A stretch of 64,000 nt of DNA, from NCBI RefSeq assembly GCF_006345805.1, contig NC_043007.1, positions 66,216,001-66,280,000 on the forward strand, written 5' to 3'. The notes under the pieces were generated by a model. That model did no database searches and was not told the DNA's origin. It saw nothing but the letters and a program-made list of their open reading frames with translations. Source of the stretch: Octopus sinensis. Taxonomy: Eukaryota. A program made the position numbers and the translations under genes. Shown here one piece after another: positions 1-11,330 of this stretch. Position 1 is the stretch's first letter; each line of letters starts with the position of its first letter.

Positions 1-2324
1 GCCGGACTTTCTGAGGAAGGCCTGCAGGCAATTGAATAATCCTGGTTTCCTCGCAGATCCTTCTGAAGCAACACAACCCCTCCAACTCCCAACTGAGATC
101 AATTTGGAGATGTGTACATGAGCATGAACGCTCAAGACTGAGAAATCCAGGCCTCGCTGATGGGTTACAACATCTATATCTAGTGACCTGAGATCAATAA
201 GTATGTAGCCCTGCTTCTACGGTGACTCAAACCCCAAGCATTTATGCTTACCAGGATGATTGTAGGCAGGTGGAAAGTAAGACAGGAACACTTATTCCTA
301 TGGAGAGGCAGGTATTTCGTCACTCCGACTGGCAGAGGATGTTTCCACAGGCATTTTTTATATAGTCATTTGTTTATATTTCCCCTGAAGTCTTCCAATC
401 CTTCACATTATTATTTTTTAAGATGTTTTATGTGTCTTGTGATATTTGGATGATTACCATGCGTGCTGGTATGCAATTACTTAATGCAAGGTAGTTGTTT
501 TGCGTGATGCTTGCATTTTGGTGTATGAGAGTGGTTATTTTTTTATTGCTTGTGTTTATGGCCTTGTATTTAATGACTTTTTTCTTTTTTGTTCATGCTG
601 GAGTGTGTATTCCAATTTGGTCTGTGTTTAAGAATTAGGTTGTACTTGGACTGTGATAGGGATGGTGGTAGTGGTGATATTATTGACTGGTGTAGCTGGT
701 ATTGGATGTGGTGCGGTTTCATCATTGCTCAAAAGCATCTGCCGGTTTGTCCGTATCTGCCAGAATTTTACTGGTTTGATTTTTGTTTCTTCTTGTGTTT
801 GTATTAGTAACTTATAGCCATTTAGGCTCCTCACCATCACACTTGCCGTGAGACACATGCAAGAGTAGTGAGTGTTAGGGAGGTGCATGTCTTGTGAAGA
901 TTTTCGGTTTTGTTATGTTGTTGATATATTTTTGTGGTTTTAGGGGTTTCCTGTTGATGTCGCTATTATTTTTTATGTGGTGGTCCTTAATGGTTGTGTG
1001 TTTTCTGTTGTTTGTTGTTACCTCCACTGTTTGTGTGGTTGTTGCTATAGCTGCTGCCTCCACTCTTGTAGTTGGTTTACGTTCATCATTGCGACGGTTA
1101 CATTTTTTTGCTTAGTTACTGTAGTTATTTGCGATGCGGTTGCAGCCATTGTTGTTGATGTTGCTGTGGTGTTGGCAGTAGGGGAGGCCCTCTTTCAGCT
1201 TTCAGAAAGCTTTAAGGGGAATAGTGATTTCACAAATGTAGCATCAAGGCCTTCTATCTTCCACTACAATTTACAGTTGCTGCTCTCCAGAAATCACTAT
1301 TAGGTCAAGAGTTTTATCAAATGTCCCAGGTTTCACCCGAATCGAAATCTAGTTATGGTGATATATTTGTGATTTTACTCAGATTTCTCTCTATAAATTT
1401 TTGTCAGCACAAAATACTCATTACTCTGTGAGACAGAGGAATATTTCTGGGCCAGGATTTGTGAGAAGAAAATATATCAGATAAACCAGAATTTACGGGC
1501 ATATCCAACAAAAGTAATGTCTGGTTAAGTATCTTTTAATAGGAGTTCAGTTTAGTCTGAAGGTATACGCACTAATTTGTGTTTTCGTCGAGGTGCATCT
1601 ATACAGTATTGTTTGTCTTTCTGTTTGGTCTAAAATGTTGCGGTATATTGTACGTAGTTTTCCGTGTTGTAGTCTGTTAACGTCTTTCAGCCTCTTGTAA
1701 AAGAAGTTGATGGTTTTGGACTAGAAAGATAAGGTCGTAAACGTTGATTATCTTGGCAATAGAAATATTTTTGCGGTGTTTCCACAGCAGCTGCCGCTGT
1801 TGTTATTAGTATCATTGTTATCGCTGTCATTATTACTTCGTATTGGAGGATAGTGGTGGTGGTGATTTTGTTTGTATTGCTAGAGTGTGTTACTATAGCA
1901 GTGAAAACGCATGATTTTTTTGCTACTTCTGATTTTGCGAGCTTCTTTGTTTGACATGTCACTGTTCTTGCTCCTGCTACTCTTGATGTTGTTGCTAATA
2001 ATGTCGCTGTTACTATTTTTAATTACTACAACGTCTGTAGTATTGTGTTGACGTTTATATTTCAAAATCTCCACCCCACTTCCTGTCTTGCTGAATAGTT
2101 GAAAAACGCAACGCCATTTTCAAATTTTTCTATGCTTTGAAATTTTTCTTTCTTTTAAACTTTTGCTCTGTAGAGCAAGTAACAAAATTGGTTGATCAGT
2201 CCCTTTGGTTCTGGTCAATTAAGTTACAAAGTGTAACAATATCGTAAAGAAAAAAAAAACAGACTACTACAAAGAAAAGACACAGACTCACGGCGCTTCC
2301 AAAACACTTTCAGTTTCAGCAATA

Positions 2325-2326
<2 letters not shown>
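1..2326 (-). mobile_element. Degenerate Tx1/L1-clade non-LTR retrotransposon, 5' part (5'UTR, ORF1 with zinc knuckle, start of ORF2 APE endonuclease); runs off the window start
   Basis: Minus-strand translation of ~150-260 gives IILVSINAWGLSHRRSRATYLL/IDLRSLDIDVV/ISEAW, matching the APE N-terminus (xNvrGL...DIxxlqE). ~1216-1270 gives VVEDRRP*CYICEITIPLKAF*, a decayed CX2CX4HX4C knuckle with exact spacing (His->Pro ccc, Cys->TGA). Putative ORF1 ATG at 2117-2115. Many stops and frameshifts. Confidence 0.75.
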
Positions 2327-2520
<194 letters not shown>

Positions 2521-2529
2521 GGCCTTTCT

Positions 2530-2712
2530 TCTATTTTTGAAATTTTAGGGATGGGGCTAGTCGATTATATCGACCCAAATGCTCGACTGATACTTATTTC
2601 ATCGATCTCAAAAGGATGAAAGGCAAAGTCGACCTTGATGACATTTGAACCCAGAGCGTAAAACCGGAACAAATGCTGCTAAATATTTAGTGCTATTCCG
2701 CGACCAATCTGG
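2530..2712 (-). mobile_element. SINE family B (tRNA-derived head AAGGCGGCGAGCTGGCAG), partial
   Basis: Reverse complement of the GGTCGACTTTGCCTTTCATCCTTT..GATAAATTAAGTACC domain seen in the copies at 10530, 61151 and 63085. Confidence 0.8.
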
Positions 2713-3472
2713 CACTGAAGTCAATGTAAACCAATTACAAAGTCCTCTCAGAAGTTTGAATTCATGTATGAAGGGTTAAAAAACCTTGCGATTATTATAG
2801 CAGAGGATGATTAATTATAAAAATAGGGTAAAGACAGACAAAACAGCGGTTAATGACATCTCGTCGTACTCTGTCTTCAATTTCCGTCGTGAGCTCATAA
2901 AATAAGTAGTCGTCACATTCTGAATGTACTGAACCGAGTGCTTTAAGATTCGTGGCCTTGTTGTTTGATGTGTTGGTGATGATGGTAACGAAGACGGCGG
3001 CGGCGGCAGTGGTGGTGTTGGTGGTGGTGGTGGTGGTTTTGGTAGTGTTTAACCTCGAGTCTACTCTGATTGAACAGGTGTACGATTAGCGGCCTTCTGT
3101 CCGTGAACATTCCATCCTTTTAAGGACTTATTAGGCTACCTTATCTATCGGTTGGTAGGCTTAAGCGGTCGCTTATTTTAACTCACAACATATGACCTTT
3201 GAGTATCTTTAACGGAGCTCACTCGTTTCTATGCATTTGAATAAGATTTCAAACTTGAACATAACCTCCGCCCTTCAGTAGAGTGCTGGAGTTCCCGAGA
3301 AAAGGGCTATGAGCGTTACTCTTTTTCCTCTGACTAAACCATAAGAAATAATGTGCCATTTCTTTATTTACAACAGTAGAGCGTGTTTTGTGAAAGACTA
3401 GGCTGCTATGACTAGCAAGATGAGTGACCACGTCCAAGATTCCTCCTTACATGACTGTGTAATCGTTTGAGG

Positions 3473-3727
3473 CAGTGGTTCTTAAATGGAGTCCACACGG
3501 CCCTTGGGTGTCCAAATAAGATTTTGTTAAAATTTATGTACAATAAATTTGGTTATGCTTCTACAATGCATGAAATATTTTAACAATTTTTTAAATACAA
3601 TTCTTTATAATATTTAATTATAAAAATATAGAAGGATTTTCTTGAACACTGAATAGATATAAGGATCCTCTAGAATAAAAATTGGAATCAAAGGGGTCCA
3701 TAAGTACAAAATGACTCTGGACAGCTG
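3473..3727. mobile_element. hAT/Charlie-like MITE remnant
   Basis: Starts CAGTGGTTCTTAA, with GGGGTCCA near the other end, as in Charlie-type non-autonomous elements; right terminus decayed. Confidence 0.45.
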
Positions 3728-3939
3728 GTGTAAGGGGCAACTATCGCTATTAAGGTTCTAATTGGCTGGTTGTCAGGTGTACTAAGAAATTTATCTTTAA
3801 ATTAAAACAGCTCCACATTTACTGTATATCTACTGAATATACAGTTGAAATTGCTTATTGCGATCACTTTGGGTGTAGAGCCATTTAGATAACAATAAGC
3901 AGCTGATAACATTAAGCCGAAGTCATATTAATAACACAC

Positions 3940-4260
3940 ACTGGCACTCCCTTGGCTACGACGGCGAGGATTCCAGTTGATCCGATCAACGGAACTGCTC
4001 GGAAAATTAAAGTGCAAGTGGCTGAGCACTCCATAGGCATGTATACCCTTCGCGTAGTTCCCATGGAGATTCGGAGTGACACTGAATATGACAAGGCTTG
4101 CCCTTTGAATTACAGGTACTACTCATTTTTGCTAGCTGAGTGGACTGCAGCAAAGTGAAATAAAGTGTACAGCTCAAAGACGCAAAGCGCCGCCGGTTTT
4201 CGAACACACGACCTTATGATCATAAGCCGAATACCCTAGCCACTAAGCCACGCGCCTTCA
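3940..4260 (-). mobile_element. SINE family C (tRNA-derived CORE-type SINE), tail type 1
   Basis: Minus strand: GGCGCGTGGCTTAGTGG (A box), GTTCGAAAACC (B box), CORE-like TTGAGC..CACTTTATTTCAC..CTCAGCT..AAATGAGTA, and a tail ending GATCGGATCAACTGGAATCCTCGCCGTCG shared with 24541 and 34521. Confidence 0.85.
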
Positions 4261-4643
4261 CATGGTCATAACATATCCTGCGTATGTTTGAGGCACACTA
4301 ATTTTAAATAACACTAATTTTTAATAACCGCTTGATAACATTATCTCAGATTATCATTCAACTACATTAGTTGTTGAATAAAATTCTGAAGGCCGCAATT
4401 TACTCACACACTGCATTTTCAAAGCTTTGTCGCTAATCCAATTCTTAACCAAATTGAAAACATTTAACATTTTTGAAGAGGGCTGGTCCCTAGTTATAGT
4501 TTGCCATAAAAATATTGAGTTTTAGTCCAGTAGAAAAAAGTTTACATCAAAAGTTGTTGCAATGTTATAGGAGAGTAAGTAACGCCTCCAATCAAGTTTA
4601 GATCTAAATACCTTTTTTTTTTATTTTAAAAGCACAATATATC

Positions 4644-4969
4644 TTACATCTGGTTAAGTACAGAACAAGAAATTTTTTACTTAGAATATTGCAGCTAAGG
4701 ATAAAATTTGAATATTAAAAATTGTTTGATTTTAATTTACTAAGTAACATTATAATTAAAAAAAGATACCATCATTTTGTTAAAATATTGACACACTAGA
4801 ATAATTTAAAATGAGAGCTAGAAGTACCAATATAGCTAAAGTTTTATTCAAAGTAGAATAGTATATATGGTAGGCAAATTCATTACGTAAAAAATATGCA
4901 TTGTGTCGAGACTAAAATTGTGAAGACTTGGCAATAAATTAGGCAGGTAGATTTGCTGTAATATGTAAC

Positions 4970-5018
<49 letters not shown>

Positions 5019-5318
5019 TATTTATTATACTAACTATGTACATCTATTATCTTTTATAACTTATTTTCAAATTTCCAGTTATTAACTAATAATTTTAAAA
5101 AATAAATTTTTTTAAAGAGCAAAACTATTTTAATTTGGCTATTTTTAATTTTTAATAGAAGTAACAAGTAATAACAAATAGAAGTAATACCTTGTAATAA
5201 AATTTTAGTTTTAATAAAAGCTAATGTTCTCTAAATCTAAATATTTTATTTGAAATTGTATTCTTAGCTGCGATATTTTAAGTAAAAATTTTCTTGTTCT
5301 GCATTTTACCAGATGTAA
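4644..5318. mobile_element. MITE-like element with ~75-bp imperfect terminal inverted repeats
   Basis: 4644-4720 TTACATCTGGTTAAGTACAGAACAAGAAATTTTTTACTTAGAATATTGCAGCTAAG is inverted at ~5250-5318; AT-rich interior with (ATT)n. Confidence 0.6.
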
Positions 5319-5950
5319 TAAGGTGTCCTGAACTTTTCCAAGTGTAATAACTTGACCTGTACTTTTCCAGGTTTATAATCTTAGGAATATTATTTGTCTT
5401 GCTCGCATTTTTCCATGTAATAATAAATGACTAACACTAATAAGTTTCCTTATTGTTTCTCTGAATTTATGAAATATTTAATAACCATGAAGAGCATTCC
5501 TTGTGGAATAACTTCCCTGGAGGGCAAGGTACTTGGATTTTATTGGCCGTCTGCTGGGAAGATTTACAAATGGTTACAGAATTTGCTCTTGAGGTAGACT
5601 CTTATAACGAGTGTAGCCAATAAGGCTGTTTTATTAGAGAGAGAATGATAGAAACATATATATAAAATAATACCCATTATAAATGCCGAATAAAATTTAG
5701 GAACGAAAAATTAAACAACAACGAAATAAATAACAGCGAATAGGAATACCATATAATTAGTTTTAAAATGCATATTGAACAACAACTGAAGCATCAAGAA
5801 CAATAACAACAACGATGACGGTAACGTCAGCGATAACAATAGCAACGATGATAGTGAACGTGAGAAGGGCGAAAGCAATAAAATCACAGTGAGGGGACAA
5901 CAAAAACAAGAGAAAGCCTATACCAAAAGCAACAAAAAAGATAAGCGTAA

Positions 5951-6250
5951 TAGGCGCTCAACCACATGGCTTCGGTTTCAGTCCCACTGTATGGCACTCT
6001 AAGCAACTGTCTTGCATATGTGTGTGCATTTGTGTTTGTTCCCTACCACTCCTTGACAACCGGAGTTGGGTTTTTCTTTTTTACCTCCCTGTAACCTCCT
6101 TTTTGGACAATAAAGCGACCCTTAGAAAAAGCACCAGGTTTTAAAAACATAATTATTGGGTTCGATTTGCTCGACTAATTCGTTTAAGGCAGTGCTCCAG
6201 TATGGCAGCAGCCTAGGGACTGAAGCATATAAAAAGATAAAAGATAAAAG
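5951..6250 (+). mobile_element. SINE family A, internally deleted and decayed copy
   Basis: Blocks ACCACATGG..TTCAGTCCCACTG, CTTGACAACCG and GTGCTCCAGTATGGC match the family A copies. Confidence 0.75.
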
Positions 6251-6561
6251 AAAGATAGAGATGGCAGCAGCAACATCGACAATACAGAGGGAGCCATCAG
6301 TGATTTTTTTGCCAACAAAAAAGAGCGGTCAAATCTCCCATAAAAAAAGATGTAAAAAGTTCACATGCTACATTCTTGAAAACAGGAAGGACACATAGGA
6401 TAGTGATATGGATGGTAAAGGCTGGAATGCTTTTGAACGTACGTTTGTACGATGACGGTACACCTAGGGCCGAATAAGAACAACAAAAACAGCAAAAGTA
6501 ACCATAGAAACAACAACACGAAGGCTAAGGATTCTATGGTCTGAGGCGTACATAACTCTAG

Positions 6562-6790
6562 GCGCGCGGCCAAGTGGTTAGGGTTTTGGACTCGTGATCA
6601 TAAGGTTGTGGTTTCGATTCCTGGACCGGGTGGTTCTTAGTCTTCTTGAGCAAAACACTTCATTTCTCGTTGCTTCAGGCTTCTTAGCTGGCAAAAGTGA
6701 GTATGACTGCGATGGACCGGCATCTCATCCAGAGTGATAGAGTATATACGCTAAACAATCCAGGAAACCGGTCCGGTCCTATGACTCTAT
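6562..6790 (+). mobile_element. SINE family C (CORE-type), tail type 2
   Basis: A box GGCCAAGTGG, B box GTTTCGATTCC, CORE-like TTCTTGAGCAAAACACTTCATTTC, and a distinct tail CTGCGATGGACCGGCATCTCATCCAG. Confidence 0.8.
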
Positions 6791-7014
6791 ATGACTCGGG
6801 AAGGAGCTTTCATACATAACTCTACACAATACCATTTATATAGTAACACGAAGAAGGTACTTAATTGCAAGCTAGATGAAGTGGTGGCGTCGAAGAAAGA
6901 TTTAGATATCACACACACACCACACACACACACGCACGCACACACACATACTCATTCATACATTACTATTTGGTATTTATGGTACTTCTCAAGAGGCGAA
7001 AATGATTTTATTAA

Positions 7015-7186
7015 ATAGGCGCAGGCGTGGCTATGTGTTAAGAAGATTGCTTCCCAACCACATAGCTCCAGATTCAGTCCCACTGCGTGGCACCTTGGAC
7101 AAGTGTCTTCCACTATAGCCTCGGGCTGACCAAAGCCTCGTGAGTAGATTTGGTAGACAGAAACTGAAAGATGTCCGCCATATATA

Positions 7187-7231
<45 letters not shown>

Positions 7232-7608
7232 CTGGAATTTACAAAACAAAAGACGAAGACAGGTGTGTAAATAACAAACACTATAGCCTCGGGCTGACCA
7301 AAGCCTTGTGAGTGGATTTGGTAGACGAAAACTGAAAGAAGCCCGTTGTATATGTATATATATGTATATGTATGTATGTGTATGTGTTTGTGTGTCTGTG
7401 TTTGTCCCCCAACATCGCTTGACAACCGATGCTGGTGTGTTTACGTCCCCGTAACTTAGCGGTTCGGCAAAAGAGACCGATAGAATAAGTACTAGGCTTG
7501 CAAAGAATAAGTCCTGGGGTCGATTTGCTCGACTAAAAGGTGGTGCTCCAGCATGGCCACAGCCAAATGACTGAAACAAGTAAAAGAGTAAAAGAGAGTA
7601 AAGAGTAG
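7015..7608 (+). mobile_element. SINE family A (abundant octopus SINE with internal TA/TG microsatellite), full length with internal duplication
   Basis: Head GGCGCAGGCGTGGCTATGTG; block CTATAGCCTCGGGCTGACCAAAGCC..GAAACTGAAAGA present twice (~7110 and ~7280); 3' end GACTGAAACAAGTAAAAGAGT. Confidence 0.9.
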
Positions 7609-7835
7609 ATGTATTAGTTTAACGCTTGGGAAATGAGAAAGTATTTTATGTTTCGAGCCTACGCTCTTCAACAGATAGGAACACTGAAGTAAGCAAAGAG
7701 AGAAAATAAAAAAGATTTAGTGGCTAGCGTTCACAGCGAAGACGGGAGTCCGGATAGAATCTGTTCAAGGACAATCCGAATACAGACAGGTGTTAAAAAG
7801 AATGACTGGTAGAGCGGAAATGGCACGAGACCGGG

Positions 7836-7930
<95 letters not shown>

Positions 7931-7959
7931 AAAAAAAGCAACAAGAATGGATCAATATA

Positions 7960-8044
7960 TCGGTACAATTGTTTCGTACGAAGACATCTTTAATAAAGCT
8001 ACAAAAATTGCAGTAAATATAGGTGGCTCGTACTCATCAGCCGA
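7960..8044 (-). ncRNA. Minimal type I hammerhead ribozyme (canonical core)
   Basis: UCGG-CUGAUGA-GUACGAG[long loop]UUCGUAC-GAAA-C-AAUU-G-UA-CCGA. Stem I 4 bp, stem II 7 bp with G10.1-C11.1, palindromic stem III ACAAUUGU, GUA cleavage triplet between 7964 and 7963. Confidence 0.85.
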
Positions 8045-8283
8045 AAAACATCCGAGATTCCCAAACATCAAAGGGGGTAATGTTACACTCGTGAAACATC
8101 ATGGAAAGTTCTATAAAAATGAGAATTTAGATAACAGATTGGTTTCTAAGAGTTCAATTAGTATAACAGTCATATATCAGGTTTTTAAAAAGTTTTTTCA
8201 AAACATCTTAGTTTTCCAGAAAGTGAAGATAAAAGTGAGGGTGTCAGTTTATCCGTATTGAAGAAAGTTTGATTCCTGGAGAT

Positions 8284-8407
8284 CTGATGAGAGGTATCGT
8301 ACTCACAGAATCTGTGAGTACGATACCTCTACGATACGAGCCACCTATATTTACTGCAATTTTTGCAGCCTTATTAAAGATGTCTTCGTACGAAACAATT
8401 GTACCGA
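8284..8407 (+). ncRNA. Disrupted copy of the same hammerhead (hairpin insertion in stem II, stem I unpaired)
   Basis: CTGATGA at 8284-8290, GAAACAATTGTACCGA at 8392-8407; perfect 20-bp hairpin 8290-8330 inserted; upstream GAGAT cannot pair with CCGA. Confidence 0.6.
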
Positions 8408-8589
8408 TATATTGATCCATTCTTGTTGCTTTTTTTCCTATTTGTAATCACCCCACTTTGTCGTATGGTTAACACCGTATAGATTTCTTGTGCATCCAAG
8501 TTAAGTACCATATTCATGTGAATTCAATAGAACTCACTTGAATCTTAATTGCTTAAACCGTATATATATATATATATATATATATGCAC

Positions 8590-8870
8590 CTGTATGTGTG
8601 AGAGAGAGGAAGCGAGAGAGAGAGAGAGAGAGAGAGAGACTTTGTGCCTGTGTTTGTCTCTCCATCACCGCTTGACAATTGGTGTTGGTGCGTTTATGTC
8701 CCCGTAACTTAGCGGTTCAGCAGAAGAGACTGATACAATAAGTACAAGGCTTAAAAAAAACTTAAGTCCTGGGTTCGATTTGTTCGGACTAAAACCTTTC
8801 AAGGCTGTGCTCCAGCAAAAACTGCAGTCCAATGACTGAAACAAGTAAAAGAATAAAAGAATAAATAGAA
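8590..8870 (+). mobile_element. SINE family A, 3' half
   Basis: CGCTTGACAA..GTAACTTAGCGGTTCAGCA..AAGTCCTGGGTTCGATTTG..GACTGAAACAAGTAAAAGAAT. Confidence 0.85.
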
Positions 8871-8885
8871 AATTTATTTTGTACA

Positions 8886-9180
8886 TAACATAGCAGTACA
8901 GAAAAATAGGACGAATGCTGCCGTTGATTAGCTCCAAGAGGCCATTGCCTCTAGCTAGCTATATGACACACAAACCTGTGTCTATTACCACCTTCGAACA
9001 GGAGAGGTCATCAACTTCTCCATACTGCTTCAAGCATCCACAGATTAGTTTCTTTAGAGAGATTTAGAAATAATAATATTTCTATTTTTGAAAACCAGTG
9101 GCTGTGTTTCACTGAATATATATAAACCTTCGAGCTAATCGACGGCAGCATTCGTCCTATTTTTCTGGACTGCCATGTTA
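8886..9180. mobile_element. MITE with ~53-bp terminal inverted repeats (TA-flanked, Tc1/mariner-like)
   Basis: TAACATAGCAGTACAGAAAAATAGGACGAATGCTGCCGTTGATTAGCTCCAAG (8886-8938) versus its reverse complement at 9128-9180. Confidence 0.7.
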
Positions 9181-9438
9181 GCTTTTAATACCCAGTACTG
9201 CTGTCGTTGTCTCCTTTAGAGAGATTTAGAAATAATAATATTTCTATATTTATTTTATACGGTATTTGATATACCTGTCTTTATCTATATTTCTCATATA
9301 TCTGATTTTGATCACTCTGTGTAAATTTGCTTAGTTAATTTTTGTTTAATTTATATAAATTGTATAGATCCTAAACGTATTATAGTCTTTGTGTACATGT
9401 CTATGTCACTTGGTTGCGGGAGATAAGTTAAGGCAAAT

Positions 9439-9483
9439 GTCGTGCTGATGACGGCTATTGAGGGAGAAATACGTGTTCATGAC
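9439..9483 (+). ncRNA. Minimal type I hammerhead-like motif, stem II decayed
   Basis: GUCGUG-CUGAUGA-cggcuauugaggga-GAAA-UACGUG-UU-CAUGAC: 6-bp stem I and near-palindromic stem III, but no convincing stem II. Confidence 0.5.
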
Positions 9484-9795
9484 TGTTCCCTTGTCCACAG
9501 ACAATAAAACTAGTTTTTGCTTAATGGCACGTAAACGTTAGAAAATTTTTCGTTCCTGAGATTATCTTCTTTTTTGTTATGGAACTGTTCTCATTTACCA
9601 TTTTATAACTGTGACATATACACAAAAGACGGAGACAATTTCAGTAAATTAAGATTTTCATGTTGTATGGCATTTGACATATCTGTATTTCTATTTCCGT
9701 CTATCCCTCTCTCTTTCCCTCTCTCTCTCTTTCTTTCTTTTTTTCTTTCTTTCTTTCTTTCTTTCTCTCTCCTTCTCTCTCTCTCTCACTCTATG

Positions 9796-9831
<36 letters not shown>

Positions 9832-9907
9832 CGTGTGTATTCGTGTGTGTATGTGAATATAAATATACGCACGCACGTATATATGTATGTATGTATATGT
9901 GTGTATG

Positions 9908-9939
<32 letters not shown>

Positions 9940-10529
9940 TGTATGTATGTATGGTGGAACGTTGAAGATACGTTTTAGCGTACAGGCGTGAAATCGAGGG
10001 AAGAATATGCGGGATCTATAATGGCTTCCTAGCCCCAGAGCCAACAACAAAAACAATAATAATAATAACAGTCATAATAAATTATAAGACAACAATAACT
10101 GCAACAAAAACAGTCGATGAAAAAGTATTAAAAATAAGAAAGACGCACTGACTAGCATTGTTACCACCCAGGGGTCAGCTACTCAGCCTTGGGCAGGGTA
10201 CGTCTACAACGCTAGCTCAAAAGACCACAATTGTAAGGAAAATGTGGTGCCCTCAGGTAAAATGTGGTGCAAACTCCATCAAAAAGTGACAAAATATAAT
10301 TTAGTTCGCTCATCCAGGTTTTACAGTTGTTTGAAATAATAGCGTGAGCTTGATGTACAAGACAGCGAAAACGAAATCAATAAAACGTTCTACTGGCGAG
10401 TGTAAAAGTCAAAGGACTCCCCCTCCACACACACACACACATATTCACACACCTTCACACACCCTAAATGATAGGTTGTTGATTAAGACAAATCACATTA
10501 AGCTACAGTCATAGAAAGTATCTTTCTTT

Positions 10530-10945
10530 AAGGCGGCGAGCTGGCAGAAACGTGAGCATGCCGGGCGAAATGCTTAGCGGTATTTCGTCTGCCGTTACAT
10601 TCTGAGTTCAAATTCTGCCGAGGTTGACTTTGCCTTCCATCCTTTCGGGGTCTATTAAATAAGTACCAGTTACGCAATGGAGTCAATATAATCAACTTAA
10701 TCTGTTTGTCTGTCCTTGTTTGTCCTCTCTGTGTTTAGCCCCTTGTGAGTAGTAAAGAAATAGGTATTTCGTCTGCCGTTACGTTCTGAGTTCAAATTCC
10801 ACCGAGGTCGACATTGCATTTCATCCTTTCGGGGTCGATAAATTAAGTACCAGTTACGCACTGGGGTGAATGTAATCGATTAATCCCTTTGTCTATCCTT
10901 GTTTGTACCCTCTATGTTTAGCCCCTTGTGGGCAATAAAGAAATA
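10530..10945 (+). mobile_element. SINE family B with tandem duplication of its 3' ~185 bp
   Basis: Head AAGGCGGCGAGCTGGCAGAAACG; block GGTATTTCGTCTGCCGTTAC..GCCCCTTGTG..TAAAGAAATA occurs twice (~10580 and ~10763). Confidence 0.9.
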
Positions 10946-10979
10946 AGTATCTTTCGTACTGATGTATAAAAGAGTTCCT

Positions 10980-11330
10980 GCAGTCATAAGACTCCAGTTT
11001 CAAATCTTCATGAAAACAGACTAAGGGAAGGTATTCGCTTTTATCTTTTTTTTTCTTGTATCTTTAGTTATGTCTTTACTGATGGTTGCATGTGCAAACG
11101 GCGATGGAGGCAGATCACTAGATTTTGGTACGTTACCTGCCAGCAATATCAGAGTCCCAGTACGCAATCGAGAAAAGTGACAATGTGTTTTAGAAAAGCT
11201 GAATAGCAAACATTTAGAACCCAACTAGCTGTTAGATATCATTAGACTTAAATATCTGTGCAAAATGGTTCCCTGATGATTGTATTCATTTATGCATCGT
11301 CAGAAACCAGAAGGTCAGAATTATTCAAGG
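10980..11330 (+). mobile_element. Possible Penelope-like 3' end (decayed GIY-YIG C-terminus plus hammerhead-like motif)
   Basis: Weak translation similarity (..ACANG..F.TLP..; KAE*QTFRTQL), followed by CTGATGA (11273) ... GAAACCAGAAGGTC (11303-11316). Confidence 0.35.

Larger units (their letters stand above)
7926..8560 (+). mobile_element. Penelope-like element remnant with inverted pseudo-LTR (fold-back) and hammerhead motifs
   Basis: 7926-8040 is a near-perfect inverted copy of 8284-8441 (the right arm carries a 43-bp insertion). Both arms carry hammerhead cores. A 5'-inverted pLTR is a known PLE architecture. No GIY-YIG or RT motif was recognised inside. Confidence 0.6.
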
